Shown here: piece after piece, positions 30,403-38,599 of the stretch
How the letters are laid out: every line of letters starts with the position of its first letter
How positions within the stretch are numbered: the stretch's first letter is position 1
Assembly: GCA_963422655.1 (NCBI GenBank)
Contig: OY730440.1
Coordinates: 2,233,442 to 2,297,441 of the forward strand
Length of the DNA: 64,000 nucleotides
Direction: 5' to 3'
Origin: Acidimicrobiales bacterium
Lineage (GTDB): Bacteria; Actinomycetota; Acidimicrobiia; Acidimicrobiales; Aldehydirespiratoraceae
Notes under the pieces: generated by a model
What the model was told of the DNA's origin: nothing
What the model saw: only the letters and a program-made list of their open reading frames with translations
Databases searched by the model: none
Made by a program: the position numbers and the translations under genes

Positions 30403-31302
30403 ATGTGTGGAATCGTCGGCCTCTTTTTCAAGACGGAAAGGTTCGAGTCCCGGCTCGGTGAGCTGACGTCTCGCATGCTGCACGAGATGCGAGACCGCGG
30501 TCCCGACAGTGCCGGGTTCGCCGTCTACGATCGGGGCCGTCCCGGCGTCACCCGGATCACGGTGCTGGCCGAGGGCGGCCATGTCGACTGGACGCCCACC
30601 GCGTCTGGTCTCGAGTCGATTCTCGGGGCGGCGGTATCGGTCCGGCTCGTCGAAGACCATGCCGTGCTCGAGACCACCGGCGACGGCCGGCGAGCCCGTC
30701 AATGGCTGATCGGCAACGTCGGCGGCATCGATGTGTTGAGTTACGGATCCCAGATCGAGATATACAAGTCGGTCGGCGACCCCGATCTGGTCGCGGTCGA
30801 CTACGACCTCGGGTCGCGTACCGGAACCCACGCCATTGCCCATACCCGGATGGCAACCGAATCGGCGGTCACCACCAACGGCTCGCACCCTTTCGCCACC
30901 GGTGCCGACACCTGCCTGGTGCACAACGGCTCTTTGTCGAACCACAATCAGCTCAGAGCCCGGCTCGAACGCCAGGGCGAGACCTTCCAGACCGAGAACG
31001 ACTCCGAGGTGGCGGCCGGGTTACTGTCTTGGCGCCTGCGTGAAGGCGACAGCATCGAAGAGGCCTTGGGGCGGGCCCTGACCGAACTCGACGGGTTCTT
31101 CACGTTCGCCGTCGGCATCGAAAATGGGTTCGCCATCCTGCGCGACCCCATCGCCTGCAAACCGGCGGTGGTGGCCGAGACCGACGACTGGGTGGCGATG
31201 TCGTCGGAGTATCGGGCCATCGCCCAGTTGCCCGAGGCCGGCCACGCCACAGTGTGGGAGCCGGAGCCGGGCCGCATCTACGCCTGGGATCGGGCTGCAT
31301 GA
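30403..31302 (+). CDS. mgsA: Class-II glutamine amidotransferase-like subunit (N-methylglutamate synthase A)
   Basis: MCGIVG N-terminal nucleophile. 299 aa, GltB N-domain-like. Confidence 0.75.
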   Translation: MCGIVGLFFKTERFESRLGELTSRMLHEMRDRGPDSAGFAVYDRGRPGVTRITVLAEGGHVDWTPTASGLESILGAAVSVRLVEDHAVLETTGDGRRARQWLIGNVGGIDVLSYGSQIEIYKSVGDPDLVAVDYDLGSRTGTHAIAHTRMATESAVTTNGSHPFATGADTCLVHNGSLSNHNQLRARLERQGETFQTENDSEVAAGLLSWRLREGDSIEEALGRALTELDGFFTFAVGIENGFAILRDPIACKPAVVAETDDWVAMSSEYRAIAQLPEAGHATVWEPEPGRIYAWDRAA

Positions 31303-31997
31303 GCTCCCTGGATCCGGTGGTGACCATCGACTTGGGCGAGGTGTCGCGACGTGAGCTCAACCGAGCTCTCCACGAGGCCGAGCAGGGCTCGTTCCGAGTA
31401 CTGAACCCGCGGGGGGCTCATGGCCTGGCCTGCGGTATCGACAGCGACGTCACTGTTGAGATCGACGGCTCGGTGGGCTACTACTGCGCGGGCATGAACC
31501 AGCGAGGGTCGGTTCACGTAGACGGGAACGCCGGTACCGGCCTGGCCGAGAACATAATGTCGGGAACGGTGAGAATCACCGGCAGCGCCACCATGTCGGC
31601 TGGTGCCACCGGCCACGGGGGCTTGGTGGTGATAGAGGGAAATGCCGGTGCTCGGTGCGCTATCTCGATGAAAGGGGTCGACATCGTGGTGGGAGGCAAC
31701 GTCGGCCACATGAGCGCCTTCATGGCCCAGGCCGGCAACCTGGTCGTCCTCGGTGACGCCGGGGCTGATCTGGGTGACTCCATCTACGAGGCCAATCTGT
31801 TCGTGCGCGGTGGAGTGAAGAGCCTCGGCTCCGATGCCGTCGAGAAGGATCTGCGGCCCGAACACGTCCGTAACCTGTCCCGGCTCCTCGGCGCGGCGGG
31901 CATGAATGCCGATCCGAACGAGTTCCGCCGGTACGGGTCGGCTCGTGATCTCTACAACTTTCACGTCGATGACATCGACGCCGAGATCGAGACATGA
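31299..31997 (+). CDS. mgsB: GXGXG-motif (GltB C-domain-like) subunit (N-methylglutamate synthase B)
   Basis: ATG at 31299 forms an ATGA overlap with mgsA. The sequence has repeated G-x-G beta-helix-like segments such as DGSVGYYCAGMN and GNAGARCAISM. Confidence 0.72.
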   Translation: MSSLDPVVTIDLGEVSRRELNRALHEAEQGSFRVLNPRGAHGLACGIDSDVTVEIDGSVGYYCAGMNQRGSVHVDGNAGTGLAENIMSGTVRITGSATMSAGATGHGGLVVIEGNAGARCAISMKGVDIVVGGNVGHMSAFMAQAGNLVVLGDAGADLGDSIYEANLFVRGGVKSLGSDAVEKDLRPEHVRNLSRLLGAAGMNADPNEFRRYGSARDLYNFHVDDIDAEIET

Positions 31998-33319
31998 CCT
32001 CAACCGGCGGTGACAGGTGGCACATGCGGGAGTCCTACTCCTTCGACCGCAACGTGATCGCCGAGATCCGGCGAGCGGCCAACACCGGCATCTACCGCAT
32101 CCGGGGCTGGGGGGCCAAGCGCGAGCTTCCCACCCTCGACGACTTGGTGTTCCTGGGTGCGTCCATGTCGCGTTACCCCTTGGAGGGGTACCGCGAGTCG
32201 TGCGGGACCGATGTGGTGATCGGCGCCGACCGAACTGCCCGACCCGTGCGGCTCGACATTCCCGTGACCATCGCCGGGATGAGCTTCGGCTCGTTGTCGC
32301 ATCAGGCCAAGGAAGCCCTGGGTCGAGGGGCCAGCGCCATGGGCACATCGACCACCACCGGTGACGGCGGCATGACCTCCGAGGAGCGGGAGCATTCCTC
32401 GAAATTGGTGTACCAGTGCCTGCCGTCTCGGTACGGCATGAACCCCTCCGATCTGCGCCGAGCCGACGCCATAGAGGTGGTGGTGGGCCAAGGGGCCAAG
32501 CCGGGCGGGGGCGGGATGTTGCTGGGCCAGAAGATCACCGAGCGGGTGGGGGAGATGCGCACCCTGCCTGTCGGCATCGACCAGCGATCGGCATGCCGCC
32601 ATCCCGACTGGACCGGACCCGACGACCTCCAGATCAAGATCCAGGAGCTACGCGAGATCGTCGACTGGCAGGTCCCGATCTACGTCAAGGTGGGCGCGGC
32701 CCGGCCCTTCTACGACACGGCGCTGGCGGTCAAGGCCGGTGCCGACGCGGTGGTGGTCGACGGCATGCAGGGCGGCACCGCCGCCACCCAGGAAGTATTC
32801 ATCGAGCACGTAGGAATCCCGACCATCGCGGCGATACCGGAAGCGGTTCGAGCCCTTCGGGATCTCGATGTCCACCGCGGGCCGGTCAAGCTCATCGCCG
32901 CCGGCGGCATCCGGTCCGGTGCCGACGTGGCCAAGGCACTGGCGCTGGGCGCCGACGCCGTCTCGATAGGCACTGCCGCCCTCATCGCCATCGGCGACAA
33001 CGACCCCGGCTACGACGACGAGTACCGGAGCCTGGGCTCGGCCGCCGGTTTCTGGGATGACTTCCAGGACGGGACCGACCCGGCCGGCATTACCACCCAG
33101 AACCCGGAGCTGTCGGCGCGCCTGGACCCGGTGATCGGGGGTCGCCGTCTGGCCAATTATCTGCAGGTCCTGACCCTGGAGACCCAGACCATCGCCCGGG
33201 CCTGCGGGAAGTCCCATGTTGCCAATCTCGAACCCGAGGACTTGGCCGCCCTCACGGTGGAGGCGGCCGCCATGGCCCGGGTGCCACTGGCCGGCACCGG
33301 CTGGATTCCTGGAGCGTGA
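31994..33319 (+). CDS. mgsC: FMN-binding glutamate-synthase-domain-2-like subunit (N-methylglutamate synthase C)
   Basis: ATGA overlap with mgsB. It contains VVGQGAKPGGGGMLLG and AAGGIRSGADVAKALALGADAV. Confidence 0.75.
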   Translation: MTSTGGDRWHMRESYSFDRNVIAEIRRAANTGIYRIRGWGAKRELPTLDDLVFLGASMSRYPLEGYRESCGTDVVIGADRTARPVRLDIPVTIAGMSFGSLSHQAKEALGRGASAMGTSTTTGDGGMTSEEREHSSKLVYQCLPSRYGMNPSDLRRADAIEVVVGQGAKPGGGGMLLGQKITERVGEMRTLPVGIDQRSACRHPDWTGPDDLQIKIQELREIVDWQVPIYVKVGAARPFYDTALAVKAGADAVVVDGMQGGTAATQEVFIEHVGIPTIAAIPEAVRALRDLDVHRGPVKLIAAGGIRSGADVAKALALGADAVSIGTAALIAIGDNDPGYDDEYRSLGSAAGFWDDFQDGTDPAGITTQNPELSARLDPVIGGRRLANYLQVLTLETQTIARACGKSHVANLEPEDLAALTVEAAAMARVPLAGTGWIPGA

Positions 33320-33899
33320 CCGGGGTTATGCCGAACTCCTCTCCTGCGTCGAGGATGGCGTCGAAGAGGTACTGGCCGAAGGACCGGTCACAAGCGATGA
33401 GATAGGAGCGAATGCCGGCCCGGTCGGCGCGGATGATGTCGCAGGTGACCTTGGCCACCGATGCCGATGCCGTCGCGCCGTCGGGTGTCATGGTGTCGCT
33501 CCAGTCGAGGCTGCACACCTTCTCCAGCACCGAGGCGGCGTCGGCCCCCGTAAGCCGGAACAGGGCCCGGCTGTGGGTGTGGTCGATCACGCTCACGAAC
33601 CCGGACAGATCGAGACCGTCGATGACGGCCCGGTTGGCGGCGGCCGACCCGAGCAGGATCCACTCGCCCGGTCGCTGGCCGGCTATCAGCACGTCCGGTT
33701 CTGTGCGGCTGGTGCCGAACCCCACCCCGATTCGGCTCGCGACGCCGGTCTCGGGGCCGGCCCGCAGGATGGTCTTTGCTGTCGAGGAGCTGTCGCTCAG
33801 CGTCAGCGAGCCGTCATGGCGGTCGGCACCATGGCGGGTACCGTCAGGGGCGGGGTAGGTCTTGATGACGGGACTCTCGAAGGTGACGTCGTCAGCCAC
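33252..33899 (-). CDS. mgdD: Sarcosine oxidase gamma-subunit family (N-methylglutamate dehydrogenase D)
   Basis: 215 aa, last gene of a soxBDAG-ordered operon. Its 3' end overlaps the mgsC 3' end by 68 nt. Confidence 0.65.
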   Translation of the reverse strand: MADDVTFESPVIKTYPAPDGTRHGADRHDGSLTLSDSSSTAKTILRAGPETGVASRIGVGFGTSRTEPDVLIAGQRPGEWILLGSAAANRAVIDGLDLSGFVSVIDHTHSRALFRLTGADAASVLEKVCSLDWSDTMTPDGATASASVAKVTCDIIRADRAGIRSYLIACDRSFGQYLFDAILDAGEEFGITPVTLQESSRCRPVAPGPWRPPPP

Positions 33900-36738
33900 G
33901 GAGCCGCTCTCCGTCCGGATCGAAGTGGGCGTGGTGCTGCATCACCCGGGCCGTGACCCGGCGCCCGTCGACTAGCACCACCGTGAGCTCGGACCCCGGA
34001 GCTGCCGCCTCCGGCAGTACCTGACCGAGGCAGATCGACCGGTTCAGCGTCGGCGACAGGCGCGACGAGGTGATACGGCCGATTATCTCGTCGGTGTGTT
34101 CTCTCACGATCTGAGCGGCTTCATCGGGAACTATCCGAGGGTCCGAAGGCTGGATGGCGACGATGACGGGGGCACCGGCGTCTTCGAGGGCCCAGGCCAG
34201 TTCGGGCTTGCCCGCGAAATCGTCCTTGTCCAGCTTGACGAGCTGTCCCATGCCGGTGGCCGGCGCCTTGGTGAGGCCGTCGGTGTCTTGACCTACGATG
34301 AAATGGCCCTTCTCCAAGCGCATGATGCGCTGGGCTTCGAGGCCGAAGGGCTTGATGCCAAGGTCGTCGCCGACCGCCAGCAGGGCTTCCCACACGTGCC
34401 GACCATGGCCAGCGGGAACGTGGAGCTCGAAGGAGAGCTCCCCGGTGAAACCGATGCGCCACATGAAACAGCCCCCGATGTCGGCGATGGTGCCGGTGCG
34501 TACCTGCATGTACGCGAAGGCTTCGGGGTCGAGGTCGATGCCGTCCACCAAGCGGGTCATCAAAGTCCTTGACTTGGGGCCGGCGACGTTGATGCTGGTG
34601 AACCCGGTGGTGACCGGGGTGACGTGGACCTGCCAATTGGGATGCTCGGTCTGGAGCCAGTTCTCGGCCCACTCCCACACCGACCCGGCTCCCGAGCTGG
34701 TGGTGGTCATGAGGTAGTGCTGATCACCGAGCCGCCCGGTGACGCCGTCGTCGAGAACCACGCCGTCCTCGGCGCACATGAGGCCGTACCGCACCGAGCC
34801 GACAGCCAGCTTCGACCACTTGTTGACGTAGAGCTGGTTCAGCAGCTTGGCCACGTCGGGCCCCCGCAAGTCGAGCTTGCCCAGCGGGGTGACGTCGATG
34901 ATGCCGACGTTGCGGCGGGTGTTACGGACCTCGGCGGCCGGGTCGCCATAGTGGTCGGGGCGGATCCACTGGCCGGCCAGGATTCCGGTGGCGCCGTTGG
35001 CTTCGTGCCAGGGCTGGATGGAGGAAACCCGCACCGGCTCGAACACCCGACCGCCCAAGGCGCCCAGGGTGATGGGCGCGTAGGGCGGGCGCCACACGGT
35101 GGTACCGACCTCAGAGATGGTCTCGCCCCGGGCCTCGGCCAGCACTGCCACCGCGTTGACCGTCTCCAGCTTGCCCTGGGCCGGGCCCATGGTGACCGTG
35201 GTGTAGCGCTTGAGGAGCTCGACGGAGTCGTAACCTTCCTGGGCTGCGGCCACCAAGTCCTTGGAACCGACGTCCTCGGAGAAGTCGACGATCCCGTGGG
35301 TGCTGGAGCGGAACAACCCCGGGTGCGGGTGGCGGGGCAGCGGAGCCCGGGTGTCGGCCAGCCCGTCGGGCTCGGGGCCGTCGACCGCCACCGCTCGCGG
35401 TGTTGCCGCCTGTAAGCGCTGCGCGGCCGCTCCGGCTCGGGCCGCGGCCAAACGACCGGTGGCCCGGGCGTGCTCGACGAGCTGATCGGCGCTGCCGTCA
35501 CCGGCGATGCCACCGGTGGCGAGCACGGTGCCGATCGGTCGTGAGGGGAAGAACCGGGCCGAGCTCTCGTCGTAGGCAGGGCGATCCCCGGCCATGTTCA
35601 GCAGCGTGGTGGGCGCGGTCCAGCCGGTGGCGGTGACCAGCAGGTCGCAGCTCACCTTGACGCCGTCGGCCAGTTCCACAGAGCTGATCGAGCGGGCTCC
35701 GCCGTGGGCTCGGACGATGTTCTCGCCCTGGCGGGCGTCGACGACCCGGGCCACCTCCACCCCGACCCGGTCCAGATCCTCGGCAGCGGCGTCACCGTCG
35801 GCGTTGGCCGTGAACACCACCGCGGTGGTGCCGGGGCGGACCGCGTACATGTTGACGAACCGGCGCACCGCCCCCGACATCATGACGCCGGGCTTGTCGT
35901 TGCCAGCGAACACGTAGGGGCGTTCGATGAGGCCGGGCGCGACGATCATCACCTTGGCCCGGGCCTTGACGAGCCGTTCGACGGCAACGGGATGGTTACG
36001 CTGGACGATGGCGGTCCAGTTGTCGTCGTAGCGGCCGGTGACAGTGGAATCGGTCAACACCTCCACACCCGCGGCCGCTACATCGGCGGCGAGATGGCGG
36101 GCCAAGGCCCGGTCGTCGGCGCTTCCCCACAGAAGGTGGCCGCCGAGGTGGTGGTGATGCTCGACCAGCAGCACCCGGGCCCCGGCTTCGGCGGCGGCCG
36201 CCGCCGAAGCCATCCCGGCCGGCCCGCCGCCGGCCACCACCACGTCGGGATGGGTGTATCGCTTGTCGTGATAATGGTGGGGAGAGTCGAGGTCGACTTT
36301 GCCTCCGGGCGCGAAGGTGGCCAGTACCTTCTCGTAGGCGGGCCACAGCTTTCGCGGCCTCATGAAGGTCTTGTAGTAGAAGCCGGCGGTGAGGAATCGC
36401 GACACCAGCCCGTTGACGGCCTTCAGGTCGTGGTCGAGCGAGGGCCACACGTTCTGGGCGTCGATGATCATGCCCGGCTCGACGAGACGATGAGCCGAGC
36501 GCACGTTGGGGTCGTCGCCGACCTGGACGAACCCGTTGGGATCCCAGTAATCGTTGGTGACGTAGCCGCGGGGTCGATGGTATTTCATCGACCGGGACAC
36601 GATCCGAACCCCGTTGGCAGTCAGGGCCGAGGCGATGGTGTCACCCTCGAAACCCCGTATGGCCTTGCTGTTCCAAGTGAGACCGACCGGGCGGGAGCGA
36701 TCTATCACCTCACCCGGTTGATAGAGGAGGCGGCTCAC
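33892..36738 (-). CDS. mgdC: Sarcosine oxidase alpha-subunit family (N-methylglutamate dehydrogenase C)
   Basis: 948 aa with dinucleotide-binding VVVAGGGPAGMASA and a C-terminal GcvT-like folate domain. Confidence 0.8.
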   Translation of the reverse strand: MSRLLYQPGEVIDRSRPVGLTWNSKAIRGFEGDTIASALTANGVRIVSRSMKYHRPRGYVTNDYWDPNGFVQVGDDPNVRSAHRLVEPGMIIDAQNVWPSLDHDLKAVNGLVSRFLTAGFYYKTFMRPRKLWPAYEKVLATFAPGGKVDLDSPHHYHDKRYTHPDVVVAGGGPAGMASAAAAAEAGARVLLVEHHHHLGGHLLWGSADDRALARHLAADVAAAGVEVLTDSTVTGRYDDNWTAIVQRNHPVAVERLVKARAKVMIVAPGLIERPYVFAGNDKPGVMMSGAVRRFVNMYAVRPGTTAVVFTANADGDAAAEDLDRVGVEVARVVDARQGENIVRAHGGARSISSVELADGVKVSCDLLVTATGWTAPTTLLNMAGDRPAYDESSARFFPSRPIGTVLATGGIAGDGSADQLVEHARATGRLAAARAGAAAQRLQAATPRAVAVDGPEPDGLADTRAPLPRHPHPGLFRSSTHGIVDFSEDVGSKDLVAAAQEGYDSVELLKRYTTVTMGPAQGKLETVNAVAVLAEARGETISEVGTTVWRPPYAPITLGALGGRVFEPVRVSSIQPWHEANGATGILAGQWIRPDHYGDPAAEVRNTRRNVGIIDVTPLGKLDLRGPDVAKLLNQLYVNKWSKLAVGSVRYGLMCAEDGVVLDDGVTGRLGDQHYLMTTTSSGAGSVWEWAENWLQTEHPNWQVHVTPVTTGFTSINVAGPKSRTLMTRLVDGIDLDPEAFAYMQVRTGTIADIGGCFMWRIGFTGELSFELHVPAGHGRHVWEALLAVGDDLGIKPFGLEAQRIMRLEKGHFIVGQDTDGLTKAPATGMGQLVKLDKDDFAGKPELAWALEDAGAPVIVAIQPSDPRIVPDEAAQIVREHTDEIIGRITSSRLSPTLNRSICLGQVLPEAAAPGSELTVVLVDGRRVTARVMQHHAHFDPDGERLRG

Positions 36739-37010
36739 GTCTTGCCCTCGATCTCAGGGCCGGGCAACGGTGGGTCGGCGAATTGGTTGGTGGTGGTGTC
36801 TCGTTCGAGAACAAAGTACCGACGACAGCCGGAACGGCAATACCAGGTCTCACGGAGCAACCCAGCCCGGTTGCCTTTCAGGTACAGGTAGTGGCGCCAC
36901 TCCTCGGGGGTTGCGGTGCCGGGATCAGGTCTTGCGCCGGTCTCACCGACGTAGTGCAGGTCGGCGGCGTTTCGCGGACCGCAGTTGGGGCAGGGGACCA
37001 ACAACACCAC
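36735..37010 (-). CDS. mgdB: Sarcosine oxidase delta-subunit family (N-methylglutamate dehydrogenase B)
   Basis: 91 aa with CPNCGPRN...YCRSGC zinc-ribbon-like Cys pairs. It overlaps mgdC by 4 nt. Confidence 0.75.
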   Translation of the reverse strand: MVLLVPCPNCGPRNAADLHYVGETGARPDPGTATPEEWRHYLYLKGNRAGLLRETWYCRSGCRRYFVLERDTTTNQFADPPLPGPEIEGKT

Positions 37011-37016
37011 AGCCTC

Positions 37017-38306
37017 CTAATGGCCCACCGCGGCTGCGCCCTTCTCGCCGACCAGCGAGCCGGTTTCGAAACGGGACAGGGCGAAGGGTTCGATCATCTC
37101 GGGAGTGGTTCCGGTGGCGATGGCCTCGGCCATCGTCTCGCCCGACACCGGACCGGCCTTGAAGCCATAGGTGCCCCACCCCACGTCGCACAGGAATCCT
37201 TCGACACCGGTGAACCCCATCACCGGCGAGTAGTCGGGGGTCATGTCGCACAAGCCCGCCCACTGTCGCAGCAAACGCATTCGAGAGATGCCGGGCATGA
37301 GCTCGAGAACGTGTCCGGCCAGTTCTTCGGTGAACTCCAGCGAACCGGAGATGTTGTAGTTGTTGTAGGGGTCCACGGACGCTCCGAACACCAGCTCGCC
37401 CCGGTCGGTCTGGCTCACGTAGACGTGCAGCGACCCCGATACCACCACGGTGGGCAGGAAGACCTTGACCGGCTCGGTGACCGCGGCCTGCAGCGGACGG
37501 GTGCTGATCGGCAGCTTCACCCCGGCCATGTCGGCGATGAGCGTGGCCCAACCGGCGGTGCAGTTGACCACGGTGGGTGTGGAGATGTCGCCCCGGTTGG
37601 TGCGAACGCCGGTGACCCTGCCACCGGACCCCTTGCCATCGGGATCGTCACCGCCTTCGACCTCGATGTCGGTGACCTCGGTGTTCTGGTGCATCTCGAC
37701 GCCTCGATGATCGGCGCCGCGGGCATAGCCCCACACCACCGCGTCATGGCGTATGACACCTCCGGGGGGATGATGTAGAGCGCCGAGAATCGGGTAGCGG
37801 GGCCGGTCGGAAGTATCGAGGCTGGGGGCCAGCTTCTTGATCTCATCGGGGCCGATCACGCTGGAGTCGATGTTCTGAAGCTTGTTCACCTCGGCCCGCC
37901 AGTGCATGGTCCGCAGCGCCGAGTCGGTGTGGGCCAGGGTCAGGTGACCCCGCTCGGAGAACATCACGTTGATGTTCAGATCGGTGGCCATGGTGTTGTA
38001 GAGCTGCAACGAGCGGTCGTAGAAGGCAACGCCTTCGGGGGTGAGGTAGTTCGACCGCACAATGGCGGTGTTGCGACCCGAGCCCCCGCTTCCCAGGTAG
38101 GCCTTGTCGAGCACGGCCACGTCGGTGATGCCGTGATTAGTGGCGAGGTAGTAGGCGGTGGCCAACCCGTGAACACCGCCGCCGATGACCACCACGTCGT
38201 AAGAGCTTCGCAGCGGCGCCTCCCGCCACACCCGGGGCCAAGGCTTGTTGCGGGTGCCCCGGGCTATCAGCCCGGCCGCAGAGTATCGGGTGGGTCGCTG
38301 CCTCAT
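37017..38306 (-). CDS. mgdA: Sarcosine oxidase beta-subunit family FAD oxidoreductase (N-methylglutamate dehydrogenase A)
   Basis: 429 aa with YDVVVIGGGVHGLATAYYLA. First gene of the operon. Confidence 0.8.
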   Translation of the reverse strand: MRQRPTRYSAAGLIARGTRNKPWPRVWREAPLRSSYDVVVIGGGVHGLATAYYLATNHGITDVAVLDKAYLGSGGSGRNTAIVRSNYLTPEGVAFYDRSLQLYNTMATDLNINVMFSERGHLTLAHTDSALRTMHWRAEVNKLQNIDSSVIGPDEIKKLAPSLDTSDRPRYPILGALHHPPGGVIRHDAVVWGYARGADHRGVEMHQNTEVTDIEVEGGDDPDGKGSGGRVTGVRTNRGDISTPTVVNCTAGWATLIADMAGVKLPISTRPLQAAVTEPVKVFLPTVVVSGSLHVYVSQTDRGELVFGASVDPYNNYNISGSLEFTEELAGHVLELMPGISRMRLLRQWAGLCDMTPDYSPVMGFTGVEGFLCDVGWGTYGFKAGPVSGETMAEAIATGTTPEMIEPFALSRFETGSLVGEKGAAAVGH

Positions 38307-38448
38307 GGGTCGGCATTGTATGCCGTTTCTGCGATACGACGAATCAACCTTGATTTGCCGATTCGATCGGGACGGTGGCTACTGCGTCGTGGGCTTGCAG
38401 CCGGTTGTCCCAGCCCGATGTTAATGTCGCGGTGACAATCGATCATCG

Positions 38449-38510
38449 AGCGAGCACTGATTGGATACTGACTGATTGGACAGCGAGCACTGATTGGACA
38501 CTGATTGGGC
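38449..38510. repeat. Imperfect tandem duplication carrying four ACTGATTGG motifs
   Basis: The 17-mer AGCGAGCACTGATTGGA occurs at 38449-38465 and 38482-38498. ACTGATTGG starts at 38456, 38471, 38489 and 38500. The array sits in the divergent mgdA/helicase intergenic region. Confidence 0.8.
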
Positions 38511-38599
38511 ATCGAAGCGGTTATCACTATGGGAGCTCGACTCGGCACCGGCCCGTCCGGGCCTGAACTGTCTTCGACCTGAGGCTGGGAGAGGCGATC

